From a virus: a stretch of 45,035 bases of DNA. The notes under the pieces are model-generated. The model saw only the letters and a program-made list of their open reading frames with translations. It had not been told where the DNA came from and ran no database searches. The stretch lies in the IMG/VR virus record IMGVR_UViG_3300045988_144790, one strand, 5' to 3'. Of the stretch, positions 9,838 through 19,563 are shown piece by piece (within the stretch, counting starts at the first letter, position 1; every line of letters starts with the position of its first letter). The position numbers and the translations under genes were made by a program.

Positions 9838-10191
9838 ATGGCTTATGTGAGCAAAGACAACCTGATGGACTTTGCCAAGGGGCTGCGCAAGGAGCTGTAT
9901 AACACGGTAAGCGCAACCCTTGCGGTGGATGGCTGGACGGCGGCAAACGGCAAGTACACGCAGAGCAAGACTGTCACCAACAGTGGGGCATTTACGATTA
10001 AAAATGTGCAGCCGCCGCTGACAACGCAGACGGGCAACGTTGCGACCGATGCGACCAAACGCCGCAATCTTGGCTATATTGCCCGCGCCAAGGCGGAGTT
10101 TACGGTGACCGCCAAAAACATCACGGTAAAAATTACCGCTGACACCAAGCCGGACTGCGACTTGGACGTGACGTGGTACTTGGAGGTGTAA
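9838..10191 (+). CDS. hypothetical structural protein
   Basis: GGGAGG RBS. 117 aa, within the fibre cluster. Confidence 0.6.
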   Translation: MAYVSKDNLMDFAKGLRKELYNTVSATLAVDGWTAANGKYTQSKTVTNSGAFTIKNVQPPLTTQTGNVATDATKRRNLGYIARAKAEFTVTAKNITVKITADTKPDCDLDVTWYLEV

Positions 10192-10193
10192 AA

Positions 10194-10622
10194 ATGAAAA
10201 TTTACGATGCAGCCCTTGAACACGAGCTGCAAACCCCCGACCTTACGCGCGGCAAGCTGGAAACTGCGCAGCGCGTGACGGTGCATCACGACGCCGTGCC
10301 CGCCACTGTGCGCTATGAGGTGATGGGCGATACAGTGACCGCCGACTTCCCCGATGGGCTGCGGCAGGAAATCACCACACCCGCGCAGGATGCCTACGAC
10401 GAGTACGAGGACGTGCAGCGGTACGTGCCCTACACCGAGGCGGAGCTTGCAGAAATTGCCGAAAAAGCGCAAGCCGAAAAAGCGGCCGCCGATGCCGCTG
10501 CCAAAGCTGCCGAACAAGCAGCCAAAGAGACAGCAGCCCGCCGCGATGCCGCCGAAAAGTTGACCGCGCAGGTAACCTACACCGCAATGATGACGGATAC
10601 GATGTTGCCGGAGGAGGGCTGA
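10194..10622 (+). CDS. hypothetical protein with Ala/Lys-rich coiled C-terminus
   Basis: GGAGG RBS. ATG 2 nt after the upstream stop. Confidence 0.6.
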   Translation: MKIYDAALEHELQTPDLTRGKLETAQRVTVHHDAVPATVRYEVMGDTVTADFPDGLRQEITTPAQDAYDEYEDVQRYVPYTEAELAEIAEKAQAEKAAADAAAKAAEQAAKETAARRDAAEKLTAQVTYTAMMTDTMLPEEG

Positions 10623-10624
10623 TA

Positions 10625-10756
10625 ATGTACGAAAAAATCAAATACTGGCACGAAAAGGGCTGGTGGACGGATGCAATGGTCGCCCAAGCCGCAGCCAAAG
10701 GGCTGATTACCGAGGAACAGTACAAAGCCGTTGTGGAGGGGGCTAAGCATGAGTAA
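10625..10756 (+). CDS. XkdX-family small phage protein
   Basis: 44-codon ORF below the track cutoff. MYEKIKYWHEKGWWTDAMVAQAAAKGLITEEQYKAVVEG fits the XkdX pattern (IKxW..G.WT...V...kG.IT.EQY). Confidence 0.7.
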   Translation: MYEKIKYWHEKGWWTDAMVAQAAAKGLITEEQYKAVVEGAKHE

Positions 10757-11123
10757 TTATATGCACCCCACACCCCTGACAGATGCCACGCTGACGCAGG
10801 AAAATGTGCCAGCAGATGCCAAGGCGACAGGTGTCGCCATTAGCAAAAAAGCAAACAGCACCGATGTAGAAAACGCACTCAACCAAAAACAGACGATGCT
10901 CCTGGAAACTAGTTTCACCGCTAACACGGATTCAAACGGCAATATATACATTGGCTGGCCTACCGAACAGTATGTCATTGTTTCGGCTTTTGCACAAAAT
11001 CTGATAGCGCAGTCGTTCATAACCAGCGAATATAATTACGCCATTCATATATCGGATTATCAAAATCAAAACATCGGCACACGAATTAATGTGACCGTAT
11101 GGGTACGGTATTATAAGAGATGA
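10749..11123 (+). CDS. receptor-binding/fibre tip-like protein
   Basis: N-terminal LTQENVPADAKATGVAISKK motif, common at fibre N-termini. The region becomes AT-rich by eye from about 10.9 kb. Confidence 0.5.
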   Translation: MSNYMHPTPLTDATLTQENVPADAKATGVAISKKANSTDVENALNQKQTMLLETSFTANTDSNGNIYIGWPTEQYVIVSAFAQNLIAQSFITSEYNYAIHISDYQNQNIGTRINVTVWVRYYKR

Positions 11124-11141
11124 TAATTTAAGGAGAATATT

Positions 11142-11243
11142 ATGAAAATTTTCGGAATTGATGCAAGCAAATACCATGAAACCATCGACTGGGCAAAGGC
11201 CAAGGGCGGCGTATTGCTTAACCCATACGTAATAGGGAGATGA
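11142..11243 (+). pseudogene. vestigial N-terminus of a GH25 muramidase (33 codons)
   Basis: AGGAG RBS. MKIFGIDASKYHETIDWAKAKGGV matches the GH25 opening motif (GIDxSxxQGxIDWxxVK), then stops after LLNPYVIGR. Confidence 0.5.
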
Positions 11244-11247
11244 AATT

Positions 11248-11370
11248 ATGTTCGGAAAAATCAAAAATTGGTATCCGCGACTGTGGAACAAAGTAATGGT
11301 TAGAAACGCCGTGAAGAAGGGCGTACTGACGCCGGAACAGTTTGCGGAGATTACCGGCAAAGACTACTAA
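11248..11370 (+). CDS. second XkdX-family small protein
   Basis: MFGKIKNWYPRLWNKVMVRNAVKKGVLTPEQFAEITGKDY. 41 codons, below the track cutoff. Confidence 0.7.
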   Translation: MFGKIKNWYPRLWNKVMVRNAVKKGVLTPEQFAEITGKDY

Positions 11371-11393
11371 CCAATCGAAAGGACGTGATACCT

Positions 11394-12011
11394 ATGTTAT
11401 TTACAGGGCGCAATCTTGTGAAGTATGACTACAGCCGCTACGGCTACACGCGCGGCGGCGGCAAAACGTGGCACGGCGGCCTTGATATTGGCGGGCTGGA
11501 TGATGCCAAAATCCGTATGCCGGGCTATAACGGCAAGAGCATTTCCGGCACGGTGGTGACGGCCCGCATCGTGACCGACAAGAGAAACAAGACGTGGGAG
11601 TGGGGCTGGTATGTCTGCGTCAAGCTGGACGCCAACCAGACGCCGGATGCCGTCAACTACCTGTATTTCTGCCATTGTAGCAAGCTGCTTGTCAAGGTCG
11701 GCCAGAAGGTCAAGACCGGTGACGTGCTGGCGATTGTAGGCCAGACCGGCAACGCGGCAGGAACGTGGACGCACTGCCACTTAGAGGTCAGAGCCACCGC
11801 CACTGGCAAAGGTCTTGACCCGACCGCTTACGCTGGAATCCCGAACAAGGCGGGCACATACGGAGCAGCCCCCGCCCCGGCAGCCGCCAAACTGCAAACC
11901 ATCACCATTGGCCCGGTATCGCAGGGGGACGCGGACGCCGTCTACGCGGTCTGTAAGCAGCGCGGCCTGACGGACGCGGGACTGTACAAAAGCGTGTGGG
12001 TGGAGGCGTAA
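11394..12011 (+). CDS. M23/LytM-family peptidase endolysin
   Basis: HxxxD (WHGGLD) and HxH (HCHLE) zinc-ligand motifs. Located in the lysis position. Confidence 0.8.
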   Translation: MLFTGRNLVKYDYSRYGYTRGGGKTWHGGLDIGGLDDAKIRMPGYNGKSISGTVVTARIVTDKRNKTWEWGWYVCVKLDANQTPDAVNYLYFCHCSKLLVKVGQKVKTGDVLAIVGQTGNAAGTWTHCHLEVRATATGKGLDPTAYAGIPNKAGTYGAAPAPAAAKLQTITIGPVSQGDADAVYAVCKQRGLTDAGLYKSVWVEA

Positions 12012-12012
12012 T

Positions 12013-12330
12013 GTGCCGGACTGGATTGTGAAATACTGGGTGCAGTGGGCGTTTGGCATTATTGCCGCCGCGCTGGCACTGGGATACAAGCGGCTTGCCG
12101 CGAAAATCAAGGCACAGGAAGAAGAACGCAAAGCAATCAAAGATGGGATACTAGCCATCCTGCACGACCGCCTGTATCAGTCCTGCACGCACTACATTGC
12201 GCAGGGCTGGATTGATATGGACGACCTGAAAAATTTGGAGTACATCTACAAGGCGTATCACGCATTGGGCGGCAATGGCACCGGCACAGAGCTGTACACC
12301 CGCGCCAAGTCGCTGCCGCTGAAAGAGTAA
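12013..12330 (+). CDS. membrane-anchored lysis-associated protein (possible holin or lysis regulator)
   Basis: GGAGG RBS, GTG start. One N-terminal TM helix (WVQWAFGIIAAALALGY), then a soluble domain. Adjacent to the endolysin. Confidence 0.45.
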   Translation: MPDWIVKYWVQWAFGIIAAALALGYKRLAAKIKAQEEERKAIKDGILAILHDRLYQSCTHYIAQGWIDMDDLKNLEYIYKAYHALGGNGTGTELYTRAKSLPLKE

Positions 12331-12420
12331 CTTGCTGGATTGCGGTAAAATTTATAGAACGTAATTATAAATTACGTTTGTACGTTATAATATAATTTGC
12401 GTGTGATTTGCCGTGCGATT

Positions 12421-12440
12421 AAAACGCACGCGTGCGTTTT
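12421..12440. terminator. bidirectional hairpin terminator in an AT-rich intergenic region
   Basis: Perfect 20-bp palindrome AAAACGCACGCGTGCGTTTT. A second hairpin ACGTAATT-ata-AATTACGT lies at 12359..12377. Confidence 0.6.
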
Positions 12441-12554
12441 TGGTGCGTTTTAAGACTTTTAGAACCAAAATTGAACTTGAACAGGCTGAAAAGTCGAATT
12501 CAATTTAAATTTTGGCATTTTTTATATCTTTTTTGACTTTGAAAGGAGCAAAAA

Positions 12555-12851
12555 ATGAGTATTGACTATACCAACTACATCAAGCCGGAACTGCTGGTGC
12601 TGATTCCCGCGCTGATATTTATCGGTTACTGCTTAAAAACCAGCACTGCCGTGAAGGACAAGCTGATTCCCGCGCTGCTGGCGGCTGCTGGCGTGCTGCT
12701 GGCCGTTTTGTATGTGCTGTCAACAACTGTTATTGCCGGCCCGCAGGACGCGGCACAGGCCGTATTTACGGCGATTGTGCAAGGCTTGCTGTGCGCGGCG
12801 GGCGCTGTGTACGCCGACCAGTGCGTTAAGCAGAGCAAAAAATCTGAGTAA
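12555..12851 (+). CDS. holin (Hol44/phage_holin_5-like)
   Basis: 98 aa with three hydrophobic helices and a charged tail KQSKKSE. N-terminal IKPELLVLIPALIFIGYCLK..DKLIP pattern is typical of this holin family. Confidence 0.7.
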   Translation: MSIDYTNYIKPELLVLIPALIFIGYCLKTSTAVKDKLIPALLAAAGVLLAVLYVLSTTVIAGPQDAAQAVFTAIVQGLLCAAGAVYADQCVKQSKKSE

Positions 12852-12865
12852 AAGGGGGCGGGAGT

Positions 12866-13795
12866 ATGCCGAAACCACTTAACTTTAAGAAAAGCACCGA
12901 CGTATACCAGAAGCCGGGTACAACCAGTTATACGACTTTATCCAACGCGGGAAACAGAACCACGCCCATACAGCGCCTGAACGCAAACAAGAAATTCAAC
13001 CCAATGGCCAACGCCATGCAAGCGGCGCAGCACAACCGGCAGCTGGCGACAGCGGCCAATGCAAGGGCGCAGTCTTCCGTTCCGAAACAAGACCCGGGTT
13101 GGAGCGGCGGCGGTGGTACAGGCGGCAGTGCCATGCCCAGCGCACCGGCTGCAACACCGGCTGTCAGCCAGCCGCAGGACACCTATATGCAGAACTACAT
13201 CAATCAGATGCAGGCTGCAATTCAGTCGGCACAGAAGCAGGCAGAGGAAGCGCAGCGCCGTGCGGAGGAGCAGATGAAGGCAGCGCAGGAGGCGCAGCGC
13301 AAAGCCCGCGAGGAGGCGTACAACCGCAGCGCAGCCCAGCAGAAAGCTGACTATGAGTATGGGCAAGGAAATCTGAACGCCGCAACGGACAGCGCCTTGC
13401 AGCAGGCATACATCAACAATATGATGCAGCGCCGCAATCTGGGGCAACTGCTTAGTGCGCAGGGGCTGAACGGCGGCGCGAGTGAGAGCACTACCGCCGG
13501 TATGCTGAACAACTACAGCAACAGCCGCAATGCTTTGGAAACGGAGCGGCAGAACCAGCTTGCCAGCTTGATGAACACCTACCAGAACAATATGGCGCAG
13601 CTGGAAAACCAGAGGGCCAGCGGTGACGCTGCCGACTTGAGCCAGTACCAGACGAACCTTAGCAACCTGACGGCGAACAACGCAAACCAGCTTGTCAGCC
13701 TGATGCAGGGATATGCAAACATAGCGGCCAATATGCCGCAGCTGAGACCGAAGTTTAATATGACCACCGGGCAGTGGGAATACAGCTACACCTAA
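12866..13795 (+). CDS. Q/N/A-rich coiled-coil protein (possible internal virion/ejection protein)
   Basis: 309 aa, low complexity with long heptad-like QAEEAQRRAEEQMKAAQEAQRKAREE. Precedes the giant ORF. Confidence 0.5.
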   Translation: MPKPLNFKKSTDVYQKPGTTSYTTLSNAGNRTTPIQRLNANKKFNPMANAMQAAQHNRQLATAANARAQSSVPKQDPGWSGGGGTGGSAMPSAPAATPAVSQPQDTYMQNYINQMQAAIQSAQKQAEEAQRRAEEQMKAAQEAQRKAREEAYNRSAAQQKADYEYGQGNLNAATDSALQQAYINNMMQRRNLGQLLSAQGLNGGASESTTAGMLNNYSNSRNALETERQNQLASLMNTYQNNMAQLENQRASGDAADLSQYQTNLSNLTANNANQLVSLMQGYANIAANMPQLRPKFNMTTGQWEYSYT

Positions 13796-13828
13796 TTCGA
13801 ACAACAATTTGCAAGGGGGATTTGCTGA

Positions 13829-16800
13829 ATGGCAAAAGTCAGAAACCGTGAGGATGCGCTGTTAGACGCATATCTTGGGCGGTACAAAAGCGCACAGGCC
13901 AGCACGGTAAGCGAGGGACAGAGCAAGACAAAATCCGCCCAGCAGAAAGGCAGTGCGCTTTTGAACGCTACTGACAAGACGCTGCCTGCGCTGAAAAACA
14001 CCTACAGCGACACATTGCAGAACATTGTGAGCGGGGCGAGCATGGAAAACAGCCTGAACAACGATGTTATGCAGCGGAGCATGAACCTTGCAAAAGCGAA
14101 GTTTGACGCCGCCAATGACCTGTATGAGCAGCAGAAAAAAGCCCAGGAGTACGCCGAGAAGCAGGCGGCAAAAGCGGCGGCAGCGGCGGCAAAAAGAAGC
14201 GGCAAAAAAAGTCGCGGCAGTTCCGGCAAGAGCAGCACCACCAGCGCGGCGGATGATACAGCGGCGGCGGATGCGCTGAATAAGCTGGGGATTGGCAGCG
14301 AAAACGGCAGTACAAGCACAAGCAAAGCTAACAATAAGAAACAAGTTGTCAGCGGCAAAAGCAGTGCTAAAGAACAAGCTGCCCGCAATGCCAGCGCAAG
14401 AGCAAAGTACGATGGGAGCAGGCAGGAGCAGAAAGACATACAATACCGTGCGAATGTTCGCAACCAGAAAACCAAACGGTTGCTGCAAGAAAAGATTGCT
14501 GCGGCAAATTCCGGCGCGAACAAGGGGAAGGCTGCCGGAAACAGCTATGCAGAACGGCAGAACACCACGCAAGTTGCACAGAGCCGCGCTGTAACGAGCG
14601 CTGGCAAGCAAGTTGGCAGCAGTTATGCCGCCGCCGGGCAAGCCCCCACAGAGCGAGAGAGAGCCGCTGGGCAGCAGGTGAAAAAGCAGACCGCAGACAC
14701 GCTGAAAAAGCTGCAGACCGACAAGGATTATCTGGCCGAGCTGGCAAAGCCGGGACGCAAGCTGACGCAGAGTGAAATTGATGCAGTAAAGCAGTACAAG
14801 CCCGCAAGTAAAAAGGCCGACTTGTTAAAGCAGGCGCAGAACGGCGAAATCAGCTGGACGGAACAGGCAAAGGAAACGGCAGACCTTGACAATCTGCGGC
14901 AAAAAGCACTGTTGAACGGCTTTGGGCAGAGCGCCGAAGCGTTTACAGCCGGGTTTTACAACAGCTTTCCCGGAGCAAACAGCCTTGCCGATAAAGCGGC
15001 AAACGCCATTATGACGGACGCTGACAAGCAGCACGAGCTTATCCGCGGGCGGACGGCCGCTGACGCACTGAACAAAACCGCCGAGCAGGATGCACTTGCC
15101 GCCGCTGCCGGTACAATGGCCGGAAAAAGTGCACAGTACGCATACTTTAACAACCTGATGGCTGGTACCCCTTTGGCAGACACAATGGGCAAGGTGGGCA
15201 GCAAGGCGATGAGCGCGGCAAGCAAAATCCCTGTATTGGGGCGGTTTGCCACACCGGCTGCCGGGGAAGCGCTGGGGCGCATTTTAACAGACCAGACCGC
15301 AGACACAGTGCTGGATACAATACCGAGCCTTGCGAATGACCTTGCCGCTTACAATGACCAGCAGACAAGAATCCAGAACGGAGAACAGGTAGACGATGCC
15401 TTGACACCGGGGCGAATTGGCTTGAATGTGCTGGGCAATGTTGGGCAGAACTTTGCCATGAACGCACTGCCGGAAATTGGCGGTGCGGTGGTGAACGGCA
15501 TCAAGAACAGCCGGACGGCAAGACAAATGCTGGCCGAGCAGGCGCAGGGCATTGAAAGTGGGCTGAATGCAGAGGATGCCAAAGGGCTTGTAGACGCATA
15601 CAAGGGGATGCAAAGCGGAGACCTTACAACGCACAATGTGGATGCACTGAATGACAGCGTAACAGCCTATAACGATTGGGAAAGCTATGCGCCGACGTTG
15701 GAAAATTTGCCGACAATGGGTAATCAGGCACAGGTAGGAAATATAGATGGCTGGCAAGAAACGCCTGATATTTTCTTGCAGCGCCTTGTTGACGAGACGG
15801 CGCAGACGGCTTACGACCCCTGGGGGAATAGTTACAACCCGAACGTGCTGAACCGCGTGGACAATGCACCGGCGGCAGATGTGCAGAGCGTTCCGGCGCC
15901 GGAACGACAGACTGCACAGAGCGTGAGCGAGGCTGTGCCCACATTGGAGCAAAGACCGCTGAACGGCAGCGAAAGCGTGCCGGAGAACGCGGTTGGTGCA
16001 CAGAGCACACAGTATGACCGCAGGGAAGTGCTGAATCAGGACTATGCAAACCAGAGCCGCTTTAATGATGGGCTGGACGCAGACGAGGTGCAGAGACTTG
16101 GCGCTGACCAAAATACACACACGCTGTACAGCCGCAAGGAATCCGCTGACAATGCCAGATTGAGCTTTGACACTTACCGGCAGAGCAGTGACGGCAGCAT
16201 AAGTGCGGCAACCGACAATGTGCTGAAAGATTTGCGCAATCTTGACAAGTGGAACGCGGACGATTTGGCACTTGCCAAAGAAGCGCAGAACCAGCAGCGC
16301 AATTTGCTTTTGACGCTGGAAAAAGGAAGCCCCGAATACGAGGTTGAATTTGCCAAGTACAAGCAGCTTGACAGGCAGACATCGCGCGGGTTCAGCGAAG
16401 CTGGACGCGCACTGCAAGAGGGTGTGAACGCGGAACAGACCGCTGATACTGGCTTACGGAAGTTTAACCAGCTTACACAAAAAATCACAAGCGAATATGC
16501 CGACAGCCGAAAAGGAAAGCAGCTGCGCGAAATCAGCGATGTTGTATATGACGGCAAGGTTGATGAATTTTTGACGCATATTGCTAAAGAACAAGGCGTA
16601 GAAGAAGCTATGCTGCAAGCCGAAAAGCAGATACGCAAAGCAGCCGAGAGCAAACATATCAAGCTAAATGACGATGAAATCAAGAAGGCAGCTGCATCTA
16701 TGGTAGCTGGCGGCAATGCCGATGATATGTTTGATGCGCTGGCAAGAACACAGCTGAAAATCGGCGATTTTACGGAAGCCGACAATGACAGAATCAGAGA

Positions 16801-19258
16801 AATATTCACGCAAACAAGCGGGATGAAAGACAGCAAGGCACGGTATCAGCTGGAGAGCGAAGCATACGGCATTATGTCTAAGTACTTGCCAGGCAAGAGC
16901 TTTTGGGACAAATGGAACAATCTGCGCTATCTTTCTATGCTTGGCAACACGAGAACGCACGCACGGAACATTTTAGGCAATGTTTCGATGAATGCGGTTG
17001 TACGCACCAAAGACAATGTGAGCGCCGTAATGCAGCTGGCTATCCCGCAGGAAGAACGTACAAAGGCTATTGGCACAACGTTTACCAAACAGGGACGAGA
17101 ACTGATTGACGGTGCGAAAAAGTACATTGATACGGACGCCTACAGCCTTTTGTATAATGATGGCAAGTACAATGTGCAAACCGGGCTTGCAAGCGCGCAG
17201 AAAACATACGGAAATTCCCCGTTCGGAAAACTTTTGCAGTGGGCAAGCGATAAGAACAGCGGCCTCTTGGAAAAAGAGGACGCATTCTTTTTGCGGGAAG
17301 CTTACGCAAACAGTATGGCAAGCTTTTTGAAAGCGCGAGGGTATGACGCAAGTGTTTTCCGCGCAGACGATGCCGCCAGCAAAGAAATTTTGCGCAAAGC
17401 AAGCGCACAAGCTTTGGAGGATGCCAAAGAGGCGACATTCCACGAGGACAACATACTTTCAACTGCGCTTAAAAATTTCAGCAAAGATACAAATAAGTCC
17501 GGCGTTGCTGGCAAACTTGCTTATGCCATTACAGAAGGTATTCTTCCGTTTAAGAAAACGCCTATCAACATTGCGAAAAATGCACTGGAATACAGCGGCG
17601 GCGGACTTGTTGAAGCTGGATACCGCGCTATTAAGGGCGAAAGCAAGGCGCGAGTGATAGACGCAGCGGCAAAGGGTATAACTGGGCTTGGTGCTATAGG
17701 GATTGGGTACGCACTTGCCAAAACAGGCATTTTGAATGGGGGCGGCAGCGGAGATGACCGTGTAGATGCGTACAACGAAATGACAGGGCGGCAGGACTAC
17801 TCCGTCACATTGCCTAATGGTGCGACCTATACAATCGACTGGACAAGCCCGGCAGCAATACCCTTGATGATTGGCGCGGAGCTTTCGGAGGATAACAGTG
17901 GGCTGACAGTTGCCGGCTTTTTTGAAAAATTGAGCCGGTTTACCAATCCTATTTTGGAAACCACGATGCTGCAAGGGCTTAACGACACACTGCAAAACCT
18001 GAAATATTCCGATAATCCTATATGGGATTTAGGGGCGAATTCCGTAAGCAGCTATTTTGGGCAGAGCGTACCGACACTGCTTGGACAAATCAGCCGAACG
18101 ATGGACGACACCCGCCGCAGCACCTACGGAGGCGGGCAGACCAAACCCGAGAGGGATAACAGCTACGCGCTGAACAAGATGGCAAGCAGAATCCCGGGAT
18201 TGAGCCAGAGCCTGGAACCTTACGTTGACCAGTGGGGCCGCGAGGAAGCAAGCCTTGACGGCACGGATGATACGGCGGGCGGGATGTTTCTGCGCGGGCT
18301 GTACAACATGGGCAGCCCAGGTTATTACAGCAGCGAGAACATCACGCCGGTGGACGAGTATCTGCAAGGGCTGTACAGCGACACCAACAACAGCAAGGTG
18401 CTGCCGGAGAAGGCAAGCAGCAAGCTGACGCTGGACAAAGAAACCTACTATATGACGCCGGAGGAAAAGACCGAGTACGCCAAGACCACCGGGCAGACGG
18501 CGTATGACCTTGTGGACAGTCTGCGGCAGAATGATATGTTCTTGCAGCTGCCGGATGACCAGCAGGCCGAGCTTGTGCAGGACGCCTACACGGTAGCAAA
18601 GACCGCCGGTGGCGTGGCTGCTGTGGGTGACGGTGTAAGTGGCGTGGACAGCAAGGCCTACAAGGCGTATGAGCAAGGCGGCGTGGACGGCGTGACGGAT
18701 TATCTGCTTGCCAAAAACGCTGTGGATGTTGCAAAGGGCGACGGCGATACAATGAGCGGCGCTGAAAAGTGGAACGCTATTCGCAACACGCTGGACACTG
18801 ATGCAGCGGCTGAACAGTTCGTACTCCAGCAGGGTGAAAAGAGCGCCGCAAACCGCGTTTACAGCGTGGCAGGGTCAGAGGGTCTTGCTGCGTATATGAA
18901 CGCTTACAGCGCTGCTTCTGCCGGGCTGGGAGAGGACGAAACGCCGAGCAAGTACGATGTCGGCATCGGTATGATGCGGCAAGGCGTGCGCGGGGATGAC
19001 CTTGCGAGAGCCTATATTTCCGCTTATCAAAAAACAGACAAGGCCGGAACGGCACTGTATGGACAGTATGGCGCAGATGGCCTTGAGGGCTGGATTATGT
19101 ATAAGGCGGCCGCATACAACGTTGACAAAAGCGGGAATAACAATGGCAAGATTGACAAGGACGAGGCCATTGCCGCATTGAACGCAATGGATTTGACGGA
19201 TGAACTGCGGCGGGCATATCTTACCAAAACCAACAAGAGCTGGAAGAATCCGTATTGA
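13829..19258 (+). CDS. giant 1809-aa protein (putative internal virion/ejection or polyvalent protein)
   Basis: AAGGGGGA RBS and an uninterrupted 5.4-kb ORF. The N-terminal ~300 aa are K/A/S-rich. No catalytic motif recognised. Confidence 0.6.
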   Translation: MAKVRNREDALLDAYLGRYKSAQASTVSEGQSKTKSAQQKGSALLNATDKTLPALKNTYSDTLQNIVSGASMENSLNNDVMQRSMNLAKAKFDAANDLYEQQKKAQEYAEKQAAKAAAAAAKRSGKKSRGSSGKSSTTSAADDTAAADALNKLGIGSENGSTSTSKANNKKQVVSGKSSAKEQAARNASARAKYDGSRQEQKDIQYRANVRNQKTKRLLQEKIAAANSGANKGKAAGNSYAERQNTTQVAQSRAVTSAGKQVGSSYAAAGQAPTERERAAGQQVKKQTADTLKKLQTDKDYLAELAKPGRKLTQSEIDAVKQYKPASKKADLLKQAQNGEISWTEQAKETADLDNLRQKALLNGFGQSAEAFTAGFYNSFPGANSLADKAANAIMTDADKQHELIRGRTAADALNKTAEQDALAAAAGTMAGKSAQYAYFNNLMAGTPLADTMGKVGSKAMSAASKIPVLGRFATPAAGEALGRILTDQTADTVLDTIPSLANDLAAYNDQQTRIQNGEQVDDALTPGRIGLNVLGNVGQNFAMNALPEIGGAVVNGIKNSRTARQMLAEQAQGIESGLNAEDAKGLVDAYKGMQSGDLTTHNVDALNDSVTAYNDWESYAPTLENLPTMGNQAQVGNIDGWQETPDIFLQRLVDETAQTAYDPWGNSYNPNVLNRVDNAPAADVQSVPAPERQTAQSVSEAVPTLEQRPLNGSESVPENAVGAQSTQYDRREVLNQDYANQSRFNDGLDADEVQRLGADQNTHTLYSRKESADNARLSFDTYRQSSDGSISAATDNVLKDLRNLDKWNADDLALAKEAQNQQRNLLLTLEKGSPEYEVEFAKYKQLDRQTSRGFSEAGRALQEGVNAEQTADTGLRKFNQLTQKITSEYADSRKGKQLREISDVVYDGKVDEFLTHIAKEQGVEEAMLQAEKQIRKAAESKHIKLNDDEIKKAAASMVAGGNADDMFDALARTQLKIGDFTEADNDRIREIFTQTSGMKDSKARYQLESEAYGIMSKYLPGKSFWDKWNNLRYLSMLGNTRTHARNILGNVSMNAVVRTKDNVSAVMQLAIPQEERTKAIGTTFTKQGRELIDGAKKYIDTDAYSLLYNDGKYNVQTGLASAQKTYGNSPFGKLLQWASDKNSGLLEKEDAFFLREAYANSMASFLKARGYDASVFRADDAASKEILRKASAQALEDAKEATFHEDNILSTALKNFSKDTNKSGVAGKLAYAITEGILPFKKTPINIAKNALEYSGGGLVEAGYRAIKGESKARVIDAAAKGITGLGAIGIGYALAKTGILNGGGSGDDRVDAYNEMTGRQDYSVTLPNGATYTIDWTSPAAIPLMIGAELSEDNSGLTVAGFFEKLSRFTNPILETTMLQGLNDTLQNLKYSDNPIWDLGANSVSSYFGQSVPTLLGQISRTMDDTRRSTYGGGQTKPERDNSYALNKMASRIPGLSQSLEPYVDQWGREEASLDGTDDTAGGMFLRGLYNMGSPGYYSSENITPVDEYLQGLYSDTNNSKVLPEKASSKLTLDKETYYMTPEEKTEYAKTTGQTAYDLVDSLRQNDMFLQLPDDQQAELVQDAYTVAKTAGGVAAVGDGVSGVDSKAYKAYEQGGVDGVTDYLLAKNAVDVAKGDGDTMSGAEKWNAIRNTLDTDAAAEQFVLQQGEKSAANRVYSVAGSEGLAAYMNAYSAASAGLGEDETPSKYDVGIGMMRQGVRGDDLARAYISAYQKTDKAGTALYGQYGADGLEGWIMYKAAAYNVDKSGNNNGKIDKDEAIAALNAMDLTDELRRAYLTKTNKSWKNPY

Positions 19259-19266
19259 GGTGGTGT

Positions 19267-19428
19267 ATGAAATTTGACTTTTGCCAAAACTGCCTGACGG
19301 ACGAGGAGAAGGCAGTGCTGGCCCTGCGAAGGCGGGGCTGGCGCAATGCGGAGATTGCCGCCGAACTGCATTGCAGCGAACGGACAGTGAACCGCAGGGT
19401 GCGGAAGTTGAAAGACAAGGGAATATGA
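19267..19428 (+). CDS. small sigma-70 region-4/LuxR-type HTH protein
   Basis: 54-codon ORF below the track cutoff. LTDEEKAVLALRRRGWRNAEIAAELHCSERTVNRRVRKLKDKG. Confidence 0.65.
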   Translation: MKFDFCQNCLTDEEKAVLALRRRGWRNAEIAAELHCSERTVNRRVRKLKDKGI

Positions 19429-19434
19429 CACCGC

Positions 19435-19475
19435 AGAGGGGGTTATGCCAAATTGGCATGACCCCCTCTTTTTTT
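19435..19475 (+). terminator. intrinsic terminator
   Basis: AGAGGGGG ... CCCCCTCT stem with inner ATGCCAA/TTGGCAT, followed by T7. Confidence 0.85.
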
Positions 19476-19563
19476 GTTGGCGTAAAATTGGCGCAGATAC
19501 GGCACGTAAATGGCCTACAGGCAGGGCCCGGCGGCGGTACAATAAAGGCAAGAGGTGAGTACG

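Noticed and set aside
8160-11123. A diversity-generating retroelement acting on the fibre genes.
   Set aside because: No reverse transcriptase ORF exists anywhere in the genome. No template/variable repeat pair with adenine-specific differences was seen.
13829-19258. The 1809-aa ORF as a tape-measure protein.
   Set aside because: It lies downstream of the lysis genes rather than between tail-chaperone and distal-tail genes. There are no tail-tube or frameshift-chaperone genes. This is uncertain, and proteomics would settle it.
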